64,000 nucleotides of DNA from Savitreella phatthalungensis. Taxonomy: Eukaryota. The number at the start of each line of letters is the position of its first letter. Position 1 is the first letter of the stretch. This document shows, piece after piece, positions 45,476 through 56,517 of this stretch. Made by a program: the position numbers and the translations under genes. Where the stretch lies: the NCBI GenBank assembly GCA_051599415.1, contig AP039689.1:744001-808000 (forward strand), in the 5' to 3' direction. The notes under the pieces are model-generated. The model was not told where the DNA came from. It did no database searches and saw only the letters and a list, made by a program, of their open reading frames with translations.

Positions 45476-47722
45476 ATGGCAGCCATCAAACGGAAGGCCG
45501 ACGAGATGTCGGATGCGGCTCTGGCACGGCGTAACAAGATCCGTTCTGCCAGGAACATCGCCACGCAGTCAGCCTCGCCCGCTTTGAGAGCAGGAGCAAT
45601 TCCCGTACAGGAGTTTCTCAATGCTCGCAGATTCGAGATCAATTCTATGCTAGCGTCTCTGGACAAGGCGAAAGAGGCGTCCTCCAATCGAGCATTCCAG
45701 ACTCTGCCGCGGTATCTTCGTCGCAGAGCAGCCTCGCACAATGTCAAGCGTGTCCCAAAGCGTCTCAGAGACTGGGCAAGGCAAGAGATGAAGGACACCG
45801 ACGTCCAGCGCCCGGCGAAACGTGTTCCCTTTGGCCGCAAGCGTGGAAGAAGAGACACGATTCGGAGGCTCAAGGCAATCAAGATTAAGCTCGAGGCCTA
45901 CCAGCGCGATGCCAGAGCGTTTGAACCTGCAAAGTTGCCTGGGACCAGTTTACCTGCGGTGAAACCTCTAAACGCCACACGGTTCGCCAATCGGCAGCGC
46001 AACAAGACGTGGCTGCCCTCACACTTGTGGCAAGCGAAGAGAGCGCGCATGGCAAATCTATGGGGCTTTTCAATCGCACAGAATCCGAACGAGAAGACTT
46101 ACCGCTCAACACATCGCACGCTCCACCACAAGGGTTGCATCGTCTTTGACACGTCCTACCTCGCCCATATTCTTCTCAGAGGACCAGCCGAGCAGCTTGT
46201 GCTCGTCTTGAAGCAGATTTGCCGCTCGGAAGAGGTCTGTGGGGCCCGTGCTCAAAAGGGGAGGAAGATCTATTCGACGGAGCTCATTATCGACGGCAAG
46301 CTCTGCGGGCCTATACGCATCCTCTGGTCGGCAGACGAGTCAGTTTCGATCCTCGTGATTCAGCTGCATCCGACGATTCACCTCGATGCTTGGCACGTCA
46401 TCACACAGCTCAAGCAGACGAGCGGGATGAAGCAGATTAAGATGGATGACCTGCGCTTCCAGCTCGGCAGTGTCCAAGTCTACGGGCCAACTGCAATCTC
46501 AGCTGTACTAAGCTGTCTGAAGGTCAAAGACGCATCGACTGAAGCTCAGCGACTATACAAGAATTTGCACGGTCTACAGCCGACAGAAGCGCCACAGAAC
46601 ATGGTTCTGCCTGTTGAAGTGGTCGATCCACGACCAGCGCATGCATTTCAGCTCATCACAGAACCGCCCAAAGCAGATATCGCCGCTCTCGAAGAAGCCT
46701 GTCGAACAACACCACCCAGTAAGCTGCTTAATCTCCGGCAGCTTGTCGGAATCAACACTGCCAGACCGGAGATCAAGGGATTCAAAGCCGAGGACGCCCC
46801 TGCGATTCCGATCATTCTCATTGGCGTGCCTGGTGGTGTCTCAATCCTTGCACCATGGTCGTACACGACAGATATATGGTACGCGCTCAATCACGTTCCG
46901 CTTGTACGGTTCGGTGGCCAGCGGGAGCTCGCACAGATTTTCTACGAGCAAGCTCAACCATTTTTCCCGACGGACTATATCGGCACCCGCGCAGGCAATG
47001 ACGCACACGAAGAAGCTCGCCGCCTCTTGCAGGCACAGCACGATCGTCGTCCCCCGGCCAAGCGCGTCAATTTTGCCAAGAGCCTGAATGGTGGCAACGA
47101 ATTGGGAGACCCTTTCAAGGCTGACTTGGCGTATCTATACGGCCACACCACCGCACTAGAGAAGCTTGGAAAAGTGACGAAAAAGCTTGCAAAGAAGCAC
47201 GAGCAGCCCAATGGCATGAACGACCCGACCGCAGCGGCAGAAGCACAAACAGCGAACAACAATGTTCAACCAGACACGGCCTTACCGCTGATGCTCGAAC
47301 AACTTGAGCAGAAGACGGGACCTGCACCGCATTTGGTCTCAGGCCAACACTTCCTTCAGATGCTGCAAGATAACATGGAAAAATCACTCGAGTCTGCAGT
47401 CGTCCTCGTCCGCATCAAGATGATCGATCGAGGGTGTCCTCAACACCGCGCACGCCTGTACAGCGCGCCTGACCCAACAGATCTCGTCAAAGACAATACG
47501 AGGCTCCGAAAGGACCTTGTCGGCTTTGTCACCACAGGCAACTTCAGCCTCTCCCACGGCCGGGGTATTGCGGTTGGCGTCCTCAGAGCAGACTTCATTG
47601 CAAGCTCTCTGAAGAACATACCAAAGCAGCAACGGCAACACGCAACACACCCCAATCCTTGCATCATACGCAATGTCGGCACGTCCAACTTTCATAGAGC
47701 TACCTGGACACTTATCAAGTAG
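45476..47722 (+). CDS. POP1: RNase P/MRP protein subunit Pop1
   Basis: RAFQTLPRYLRRRAASHNVKRVP, WLPSHLWQAKR, DRRPPAKRVNF, GFVTTGNFSL..GRG. Confidence 0.96.
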   Translation: MAAIKRKADEMSDAALARRNKIRSARNIATQSASPALRAGAIPVQEFLNARRFEINSMLASLDKAKEASSNRAFQTLPRYLRRRAASHNVKRVPKRLRDWARQEMKDTDVQRPAKRVPFGRKRGRRDTIRRLKAIKIKLEAYQRDARAFEPAKLPGTSLPAVKPLNATRFANRQRNKTWLPSHLWQAKRARMANLWGFSIAQNPNEKTYRSTHRTLHHKGCIVFDTSYLAHILLRGPAEQLVLVLKQICRSEEVCGARAQKGRKIYSTELIIDGKLCGPIRILWSADESVSILVIQLHPTIHLDAWHVITQLKQTSGMKQIKMDDLRFQLGSVQVYGPTAISAVLSCLKVKDASTEAQRLYKNLHGLQPTEAPQNMVLPVEVVDPRPAHAFQLITEPPKADIAALEEACRTTPPSKLLNLRQLVGINTARPEIKGFKAEDAPAIPIILIGVPGGVSILAPWSYTTDIWYALNHVPLVRFGGQRELAQIFYEQAQPFFPTDYIGTRAGNDAHEEARRLLQAQHDRRPPAKRVNFAKSLNGGNELGDPFKADLAYLYGHTTALEKLGKVTKKLAKKHEQPNGMNDPTAAAEAQTANNNVQPDTALPLMLEQLEQKTGPAPHLVSGQHFLQMLQDNMEKSLESAVVLVRIKMIDRGCPQHRARLYSAPDPTDLVKDNTRLRKDLVGFVTTGNFSLSHGRGIAVGVLRADFIASSLKNIPKQQRQHATHPNPCIIRNVGTSNFHRATWTLIK

Positions 47723-48071
47723 GCTTCAAGGGCATTCTCTATACATTTGGGAAAAGCTATACCGCATGCCACTGATACCATGATGGCGCTCTTACAGCTC
47801 GAGAGCTCTATCACATGTTTGCCATTTAAAGTATGACCAAGGAACTTCAATTGAAAACTCCAACTTCCCCACTCCTTTCTTAAATTTCGTCAATTCCAGC
47901 TGTGTATGCATGTAGAACAACTGTAATCTATAAACTGACTTGCATGGAGTTACGAAGATGCACGACCGCAACGTCTGACACAATCACACTTCCTCTCTAC
48001 AAGAACCATAGCACACATACACACAAGTCTGCCGACAAGACAACGAGAACACCTTGTAATCATCTGCGACA

Positions 48072-48986
48072 ATGGATCTTCCAAAGGGCAACGGTCTCGA
48101 CACTGTCCGGGATGGCATCGTAATCCCAGCTGGTCTAGTCATTGTTGGAACCTTGATCACCAAGCCTGAATGGCTACCTTACAGCGTGATTGCAGTCCTC
48201 GTCCTCACCTTCTTCAAGTTCTACCGTGGACGAACGCGAAAGGTGCTCAAGAAGGATATGTATCAGGAGTTTGAGTTGGTCGAGAAGACGCCGATGTCTG
48301 ATAACACCGCTCTTTACCGATTCGCCCTACCAGGAAAGAACGATATCCTCGGTCTTCCGATCGGACAGCACATCACAGTTGCGTGCAACATCGAAGGCAA
48401 GGAAGTTGCAAGATCCTATACTCCCTCGAGCTCCGACGATGACAAGGGATTTTTCGACCTCATCGTAAAGTCCTACCCTCAGGGCATCCTGTCCCGCTAC
48501 CTCGGTCAGATGCAGCTACACCAGACCATCAAGGTGAAAGGTCCGAAGGGCAAAATGCACTACCGCCCTGGTCTCGTGAGAGCATTTGGCATGATTGCCG
48601 GCGGTACAGGCATCACACCATGCCTGCAGATCATCCGGGCCATCCTGAAGAACCCGGAGGACAAGACAAAGATCTCACTCATCTACGCAAACGTGACTGA
48701 GGGTGACATCATTCTACGTGACGAACTGGATGCGCTTGCAAAGCAGTACGACAATTTCAAAGTCTACCACGTCCTCAACAATCCACCAAAGGATTGGGAG
48801 GGCGGCGAAGGGTTTGTCACGACCGACATCATCAAGCTTCACTGCCCAGCTCCCGCGGACGACATCAAAATCCTCATGTGCGGACCACCACCAATGATGC
48901 AGGCCATGAAGCGCGCGACCGAGCTGCTCGGTTACGAGAAGGCTCGCGCTGTCAGCAAACTCGATGACCAAGTCTTCTGCTTCTAA
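48072..48986 (+). CDS. CBR1: NADH-cytochrome b5 reductase 1
   Basis: N-terminal TM, LGLPIGQH, RSYTP, GMIAGGTGITP, CGPPPM, DQVFCF. Confidence 0.96.
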   Translation: MDLPKGNGLDTVRDGIVIPAGLVIVGTLITKPEWLPYSVIAVLVLTFFKFYRGRTRKVLKKDMYQEFELVEKTPMSDNTALYRFALPGKNDILGLPIGQHITVACNIEGKEVARSYTPSSSDDDKGFFDLIVKSYPQGILSRYLGQMQLHQTIKVKGPKGKMHYRPGLVRAFGMIAGGTGITPCLQIIRAILKNPEDKTKISLIYANVTEGDIILRDELDALAKQYDNFKVYHVLNNPPKDWEGGEGFVTTDIIKLHCPAPADDIKILMCGPPPMMQAMKRATELLGYEKARAVSKLDDQVFCF

Positions 48987-49018
48987 ATTGGGGGAGAAAA
49001 GGTCGTATCACGCACCAC

Positions 49019-50392
49019 TTACTCCTTCCACCGGCCCCAGCATAGCGAGGCGTTCGTTCCACCAAATCCAAAGCTGTTGGACAGTGCATGGTCGACCTGC
49101 TTCTCTTGTGGTTGTTTTGGTATGTAGTTCAGGTCGAATTCATGCTTGTGAGAGTCGTTATCGGGAAGATTGTCGAGGTTCGCTGTCGGTGGAAGCACGC
49201 CGTTATGCAAAGCCAGGATTGTGAATATGCTCTCAACGGCGCCGGCAGCGCCAAGTAAGTGTCCAAGAGCACCTTTGCAGCTGCTCACATTCACGTCCTG
49301 CGCCCTTGTGTGAACATCCCCGCCACCAATACCACCGCCAGCGCCCAATAACAGCGACCTGATCGCTCTGTTCTCTGCAATATCTCCCAGATTCGTTGAC
49401 GTTGCATGAGCGTTGACGTATCCTACGCCGCTTGGCCCTACATTTGCATGACGTAGCGCGTTCGACATTGCCAGTCGAGCCCCGAGTCCTTCTTCGTGAG
49501 GTGCCGTCATGTGATGTGCGTCTGCAGACAGCCCATACCCTTTCAGTTCGGCATAAATCCGAGCGCCGCGTCGCTTCGCATGCTCCAGTTCTTCCAGCAC
49601 CACGCATCCAGAGCCCTCGCCAATCACAAACCCACAGCGGTCTTGGTCAAACGGCCGTGACGCCCTCTCCGGCGTCTCATTGAACGCCGTAGCGAGTGAT
49701 TTAGCTCGAGCGAATCCCGCAACGGCTAGTGGGTGGATACATGCTTCTGCACCACCAGCGACCACGACGTCAGCGTCTCCGAATTGGATGAAGCGCGAGG
49801 CGTCGCCGAGGACATGGTTCCCTGTAGTACATGCCGTCGATGCCGCGTGATTTGGGCCGCGGAAGCCGAATCGCATGGAGACGTGACCTGCCGCCATGTT
49901 GATAAGCAGTCGAGGCACGAACAGTGGCGACACCTTGCGGAAGCCTCCCTTGTCATAAGCCAGTGACGTCTCGAAAACATCGTCAAACGACCCAATCCCA
50001 CTGCCGATGCACACTCCACTCCGCTCACGCTTCTCGTCCGTGTCAGCGACCCAGCCGCTATCTTCGAGCGCCTGCGTCGCCGCACTCACGGCATACTGTG
50101 TGAAAAGCGCCATGCTGCGCACATCTCCCCGCGACAGCCAGTCTTCAGCACGCCACAGGCCTTGTTCTCGCCCGAGAGCGTTATCCCCCGAGGCATCAGT
50201 GCCTCCACGCGGTACAAGCCCACCGACGGTCGAGCTCAATTGGCCGTATCGCTCATCTCCATCCTTCCCGACCAGCGAGACCGTTCCTGTCTTCCCGCCG
50301 AGCAGAGCCCTCCAAGCATGCTGCACACCAACACCCAATGGTGTCACAAGACCTAAACCGGTCACGACCACCCGGCGACCAGATGCACTCAT
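49019..50392 (-). CDS. CEM1: Mitochondrial 3-oxoacyl-ACP synthase (KAS)
   Basis: RRVVVTGLG, STACTTG, NAHATST, GHLLGAAG, SNSFGFGGTN. Confidence 0.96.
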   Translation of the reverse strand: MSASGRRVVVTGLGLVTPLGVGVQHAWRALLGGKTGTVSLVGKDGDERYGQLSSTVGGLVPRGGTDASGDNALGREQGLWRAEDWLSRGDVRSMALFTQYAVSAATQALEDSGWVADTDEKRERSGVCIGSGIGSFDDVFETSLAYDKGGFRKVSPLFVPRLLINMAAGHVSMRFGFRGPNHAASTACTTGNHVLGDASRFIQFGDADVVVAGGAEACIHPLAVAGFARAKSLATAFNETPERASRPFDQDRCGFVIGEGSGCVVLEELEHAKRRGARIYAELKGYGLSADAHHMTAPHEEGLGARLAMSNALRHANVGPSGVGYVNAHATSTNLGDIAENRAIRSLLLGAGGGIGGGDVHTRAQDVNVSSCKGALGHLLGAAGAVESIFTILALHNGVLPPTANLDNLPDNDSHKHEFDLNYIPKQPQEKQVDHALSNSFGFGGTNASLCWGRWKE

Positions 50393-50681
50393 GACTTGCG
50401 GTCCAAGGATTCAATACTGCATGACGAGAGTGACATGTATGCTCTAGCGAAATTGTCTTTGAGGAGCTGGTGAAGACCGTTAGTGTCGAGTGCCCTCGCA
50501 CAGCGGCCCCACCAAAAATCTTGACCCGGCCAAGACGGGAAATTTGAAGCCCGCCAAACGTACTAGTCGACTTCCACTCATTCATCACCAAAACACGTCA
50601 CGCCGCACTCGCTGGACTCACGCTCAAAAGCACAGACACCCTTATCAGTATTGAGTATATTGTGCGTTGAACGGTGACATC

Positions 50682-52217
50682 ATGCACATGCTGCCTGTTT
50701 TGATACTCGTCGGCGGACTCGGCCTTGATTGTAACACAGCAGCAGCCTCTTCATCGCCTGGCGTAGATACAGTCCGAGGAGTCAGTCCAGGCAGACAGCA
50801 CTTGTACACAAAGTCCTCTACACACTTCGCCTGCCTGGATGGCTCAAAGACGATACCACTGTCCCGCGTGAACGACGACTATTGCGATTGCCCTGACGGG
50901 AGCGACGAGCCTGGCACTGCCGCATGTCCCAATAGCACATTCTACTGTGCAAACGATGGTCACATCCCCGTCGTCATCCCAGCATCCCACGTCAACGACG
51001 GCAACTGTGACCCGGTCTGCTGTGATGGCAGTGACGAGTGGGCAGGCCTCGTCTCGTGTCCGAACGTGTGCAAGCAGCAAGCGAAGGAGCATGCGAAAAT
51101 CGCGGCAGATCGCGAAGCTATCAGATCAGCAGGATACGCGAAGCGGCAGGCGTGGGTGAAGGAGGCAGCACGGCTACGAAAGGACGTCCAAGACCAGATC
51201 GATCGGAAACGAACGGCCCTAGCGGACCAGCGAGCCCGATTGGCCGTTGTCGAGCGAGAGCTCAGCGACCTCGAGGCCAATGAGCGCGAGCGTGTGGCTG
51301 CTTCTGGCGTGACAAAATCCCAGGACGAGGTGAACGCTGTGATGAGCGACTTCAACGCTGCACTCACCGCCCTGCGATCGCGAATCGCCCAGCAGCAGAA
51401 GCGGATCGACGAATACCAGGCCATTGTCGATGACCTCGCACAGAACTATAACCCGAACTTCCAGGACATGGCTGTCAAGGGAGCCGTCACAGCCTTCAAT
51501 GATCTCCCTACGCTCCCAGACTTTGTCGAGTCAGAGACAGCGCAACTTCTAGCCAACCGCCGGGTCGAAATCTCCTGTCCTTTGCCGGAGCTGCCGCCAC
51601 AAGTCGCTCCACCAGAGAATTTCCTCACTGCGTTACTTGGAAGCATGCGTACGGCACTCGAGTCATTCGGCATTCTCCAGGCGTCCGATATCGAGCCCGC
51701 TTTCCCTGCATCAGGCTCGGCAAGCTCAAGTGGAGAGAGTCGAGAGCTCTCGTCAAAGCGAGAGGTCGTGCAGTCGCTCAAGACGGAGGTGGACACGCTC
51801 GAGCGAGGACTGAAATCACTTGAGGACGATTTGAATGGTGAATATGGCGCAGATGATATCTTCCGCGCGACGATGGGCAAATGCTTCGAGAAGCGAATCG
51901 GTGAGTACGACTACGAGGTCTGTCTCCGAGACGTCCTCCGTCAGAAGTCGTCAAGCTCGCAGACGCTCGTCGGCAATTTCGTCAGCATCGATACTTCGTT
52001 AGAAGACGGCATCACACGCATGCGCTACGCCAACGGGCAGCGGTGCTGGAACGGCCCAGACCGTTCAGGAATTGTCGAGCTCATCTGCGGCAAAGAGAAC
52101 GAGCTCATTTCTGTCCGGGAAGCACAGAAATGCGAGTATGTCTTCCTTGTCAAGACACCGGCAGTCTGCGGCCCGCCATCATCCACATCAGGTCACGTCA
52201 CAAAAGACGAATTGTAG
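50682..52217 (+). CDS. GTB1: Glucosidase II beta subunit
   Basis: Signal peptide, VNDDYCDCPDGSDEPGT, MRH domain CWNGPDRS, C-terminal KDEL. Confidence 0.95.
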   Translation: MHMLPVLILVGGLGLDCNTAAASSSPGVDTVRGVSPGRQHLYTKSSTHFACLDGSKTIPLSRVNDDYCDCPDGSDEPGTAACPNSTFYCANDGHIPVVIPASHVNDGNCDPVCCDGSDEWAGLVSCPNVCKQQAKEHAKIAADREAIRSAGYAKRQAWVKEAARLRKDVQDQIDRKRTALADQRARLAVVERELSDLEANERERVAASGVTKSQDEVNAVMSDFNAALTALRSRIAQQQKRIDEYQAIVDDLAQNYNPNFQDMAVKGAVTAFNDLPTLPDFVESETAQLLANRRVEISCPLPELPPQVAPPENFLTALLGSMRTALESFGILQASDIEPAFPASGSASSSGESRELSSKREVVQSLKTEVDTLERGLKSLEDDLNGEYGADDIFRATMGKCFEKRIGEYDYEVCLRDVLRQKSSSSQTLVGNFVSIDTSLEDGITRMRYANGQRCWNGPDRSGIVELICGKENELISVREAQKCEYVFLVKTPAVCGPPSSTSGHVTKDEL

Positions 52218-52476
52218 ACCATCTTCATCTTCTTCGCCTCAGCCCATCTGACGCGATCTTCATGTCGCGTAGTCCATGCTCGATGCCTCCATTCAAAAGT
52301 GCATTATTAGACAGCTTGCCAAGAAAGAGAAATAAACGTCATCCTCGAGAACATTTATTGATCTTCAAATGCACGCATGACACTCACAACACCACTTCTC
52401 CTCAACGGGACAGCCTATAGGCGTCATCGCCTCCTTTCCCTTTTTCTCGCCATGATATAGCTCAACCGATCACTGA

Positions 52477-53925
52477 ATGTCGACAGCTGCGGCTGCAGCT
52501 GCAGCATTGTCCGGACACCTGCGCAGGCACAACTTGGCGGACCGTCGGGTGGCGGTCGCTCTGTCTGGTGGTTCTGACTCACTCGCCCTGACACTCCTAC
52601 TTCTCCAACACCACCACGCCTCCCCATCCAACGTCCTCGCACTCACAGTCGACCACGCCCTCCGTCCCACCAGTTCCCAAGAGGCACAACAACTCTCATC
52701 CTGGTGTCGCCAGCACAACCTCCCACACACAACCCTCACCATCCCACCCCTCGCTCCAGGCCCGGGGATCGAGACGCGCGCTAGGAATGCTCGCTACGTT
52801 GCTCTGACGCAGGCGTGTGTGCGGGAAGGGGTGAGTGATTTGGTGGTGGGTCACCACGGTGGTGATTGCGAAGAGACGTGCTTGATGCGACTGTCTGTGG
52901 AGGTTGGTGGTTCGCGACTGAGGAGACCAAGCTACTGGTGTACGCCACTGCCAGTCGCTCGCAACCCGCTAGGCGCCCACGTGTACGCTGGCTACGGAGT
53001 GCGCATACACCGGCCCCTGCTCGATGTCCACAAGTCTGCGCTCGTGCAGGTGTGTAGGGAAGCAGGGGAGGCGTGGATCGAGGACCGATCGAATACAATG
53101 GTGGGGTATACGCCTAGGAACGCAGTCAGGGCGATCGTTGGGTCAGGCGGGTTGCCGCAGGCGCTTGGTACAGCTCGGCTGCAGAAACTTCGGCAGAAGG
53201 CACTGGCGGCTACGCAAGTGTTGGCGGCCGTCGAGCGGCAGGTGCTGAAGGCAATCTCGCTACAAATCAATAGGGCAGCAGCGGCACTGTCATTCGATTA
53301 TAGAGTTCTATTGACGAGTTTGGGTGATGACGAAGAAGCCGCGATCTTCGTGATCGAGAGGATTGCACAGCTTGTATCTCCAACCGAGCAGATCAATCGG
53401 GAAGCGCTCTTTCCGGTACTCCACGTGCTCAAACACGGCTACGGCAGTGTCACGGCCGCAGGACTAGTATGGCGGATCGATGGGATCCAGAGCCCAGAGT
53501 CGACCAACTGCAATGTGATTCGTCAGCCGTTCTTGAGAGGCGATCTGGCGATCAAGTCTCCATCGCTGGCAGAGGCAGATTGGACCAAGTGGGATCATCG
53601 GTTCTGGCTACGCGATACAGGTCGTGGCATATCAGCCCATGAATTGCGCGTCCGTGCGTTGAAGGTGCCAGATATGGCAGGTCTGCGTGCAGTTGCTAAA
53701 GCTCAGGGTCGTCTGGAAGAGCTTGAATTTGCGCTAGCGAGGAATTGTCCAGGTAAAATTCGATTCACCTTGCCAGCAGTCGTCAATGACGCTGATCAGG
53801 TACTCTCGCTGCCGAGCTTGCCGTTCAGGCTAGATGACAGCACAGCAGGCATCGAATGCAGCTGGGCAGGCGAAAGTCTTATGAACAGCTTCTTGGAAGA
53901 CAACGCAGGAGTGGTAGACTCATGA
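52477..53925 (+). CDS. tilS: tRNA(Ile)-lysidine synthase-like PP-loop ATPase (TilS; probably mitochondrial)
   Basis: VALSGGSDS, TVDHALR, E..ARNARY, GHH..D..ET..MRL, RPLL, WIEDRSN, RNAVR. Confidence 0.85.
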   Translation: MSTAAAAAAALSGHLRRHNLADRRVAVALSGGSDSLALTLLLLQHHHASPSNVLALTVDHALRPTSSQEAQQLSSWCRQHNLPHTTLTIPPLAPGPGIETRARNARYVALTQACVREGVSDLVVGHHGGDCEETCLMRLSVEVGGSRLRRPSYWCTPLPVARNPLGAHVYAGYGVRIHRPLLDVHKSALVQVCREAGEAWIEDRSNTMVGYTPRNAVRAIVGSGGLPQALGTARLQKLRQKALAATQVLAAVERQVLKAISLQINRAAAALSFDYRVLLTSLGDDEEAAIFVIERIAQLVSPTEQINREALFPVLHVLKHGYGSVTAAGLVWRIDGIQSPESTNCNVIRQPFLRGDLAIKSPSLAEADWTKWDHRFWLRDTGRGISAHELRVRALKVPDMAGLRAVAKAQGRLEELEFALARNCPGKIRFTLPAVVNDADQVLSLPSLPFRLDDSTAGIECSWAGESLMNSFLEDNAGVVDS

Positions 53926-55020
53926 TGGTCCTGCAGCGACGATCGTGTCAATGTTCGATGTGGGGCTCGAAACGACTTGGCCAGGGCTAGGAAGCGCGCT
54001 GGACGTGCCGCCACGGCGCGAGATCGGCTTGTAGATGATGACGAGAATAACGCCAACGATGAGCAGAACGAGAAGGAGCATGAGCTTTCGCTTTCGTGTG
54101 CGTCGCTGTAGATCAGAGGCTGTTGCCAGCTCTTTCGTTGCCACTTTCGTTTCCTCGTATGTGACATCGATATTGTAGTCGATCCGATCGACAAGTGTGC
54201 CTTGTTCAATTACCATTCCCTGAAGCTCATTGAAGATCTCGGCTACTTCTGCGATCGACCGAGCGATTTCATCGATTTCCTTCTCGCGCTGTCTGATGGC
54301 GGCATCATTCTTACCGCGTCTCTGTCTCTGCTGCTGCTGCTGGGCTTGTGATTGGTTCTCTTCACCGCCCGCATGAGTACTGCCGAAGTTGGCTTCCTCG
54401 TCCTCAAGAGCTGCACGATTTGTTCTTGACGACGAGTCTATACCCGCTGGACTTTTGCGGAGACGTGCTAGGTATGCTGATTGCGACTTGCGGAACTTGC
54501 CGTTCTCCGTGGAGATCTTGCTCGCCAGTGCAAGAGTGACGTTTCTGCACATTGTCCTGTCGACATCTCTGCTTCCAGGTCGAGCTGACATGGCTTCGAT
54601 CCGCTTGATGAGCTCATTGCATTTCTTGAAGTGGAGGGTGACGGTGTTTGTGAGGCGCTCGATCTCACGCTCTTCCTGAGACCTGTCTTCGAATCCGGGT
54701 AGTGCATGCTTCTTATGCAGAGGCTCGAGCTTAGCGCACAGCTTTCGGATCTTTTCTAGCTCCTCATCAACCTCATCCTGGACATCTAGCCAGCGTGGCG
54801 GGAGTGTATCCATCTCAATTGCCACGTCTTTTCGATTACTGCCTGATAGAAGTGCCTGCCTATCTTCATCATCTCCATCGTCAGCTGCGCCTCCTGCAGA
54901 AGATCTGTGAGCCCCTGATTGTCTATCCCAGTCTCGACTGAATCTTGATCTTGCAGCACTGTCATGACCACAAGCGGCACGGATAGATAGGAAGAGCCCT
55001 GTGCGATCTCTCGTGGCCAT
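53920..55020 (-). CDS. TLG2: Golgi/endosomal syntaxin Tlg2 (syntaxin-16)
   Basis: N-peptide RDRT.LF, LPPRWLD, KKHALPGF, SNARE motif QGTLVDRIDYN, C-terminal TM. Confidence 0.95.
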   Translation of the reverse strand: MATRDRTGLFLSIRAACGHDSAARSRFSRDWDRQSGAHRSSAGGAADDGDDEDRQALLSGSNRKDVAIEMDTLPPRWLDVQDEVDEELEKIRKLCAKLEPLHKKHALPGFEDRSQEEREIERLTNTVTLHFKKCNELIKRIEAMSARPGSRDVDRTMCRNVTLALASKISTENGKFRKSQSAYLARLRKSPAGIDSSSRTNRAALEDEEANFGSTHAGGEENQSQAQQQQQRQRRGKNDAAIRQREKEIDEIARSIAEVAEIFNELQGMVIEQGTLVDRIDYNIDVTYEETKVATKELATASDLQRRTRKRKLMLLLVLLIVGVILVIIYKPISRRGGTSSALPSPGQVVSSPTSNIDTIVAAGPS

Positions 55021-55692
55021 CTGAGAGAGAAAGGAGTATGTGGGGTTGGTGAGAGCTGATGAAAGGACTCTCTACCGCATGATGAGGCCTTGACAGCGTG
55101 AGTGATTGACTCTGTCTGTTCGGATAGCTGACTTGTTGTTGACCCACTGCTGGTAAGTAGTGCATGTATTGATTGGTATGTATGTGTGATTGATGACGAT
55201 TGAAGGTGGTGCTCCCTTTCGAGATTCACGTGTACGCCTAGCTATGATATTATGACAATATTGAGCATTCTAATTATCTAGTCAGTTACTTATAATTCCG
55301 TTGAAGAATATGTATAGTATATCAACGGGTACAATTAATTCTATGCTCGAAGAGGGGCGTCAATCTTTTAAATTTTGCCAAGGATCATTCAGTAATTTAA
55401 TAAAGTGAATTTAAATTTTTATCAATATTGTGATCACCGGACATCCTGCATCCTGCATCGTTTATCCTGCATCATCATCATCATCAACATCACCCACACA
55501 CTCACTCACCACGCACACTTCAGAAGATCATCACCCTTTACACGCTTGACTCTCTGAACTGCTCTGAGTAACAGACTAGGTCAACCTTCTATCGCTTCTC
55601 AGAGGACTCTAGTTTTGAGAAACACACCCGTCAATTACGCGTTAGCCCACTATTCACAGACAGCAATCTCCTGACCAGATCACTGTACAACC

Positions 55693-56228
<536 letters not shown>

Positions 56229-56517
56229 TCCTTTCCCTCGTCTCTCCACACACATCTCTATCAATCTTCATATCTCGTCCAGCATCGATCTCTCCTCATC
56301 TCATCTGATCTAGGTACCAGGTAGCTTCATGACTCAAATCTCAAATCACCCATCTCTCTCGATCCAAGTATCACTCCTCGTGCATTCCGTGAACATCCAC
56401 GACCTGCAACCTCATATATGCACACTCTCATCTCCAGTCAACTTTGACACACATAGTCTTCCTCATCGTTCTGTCCCTCGTACTTCATGCTGATAGGTCG
56501 CTGATAGATCCGCCTGA

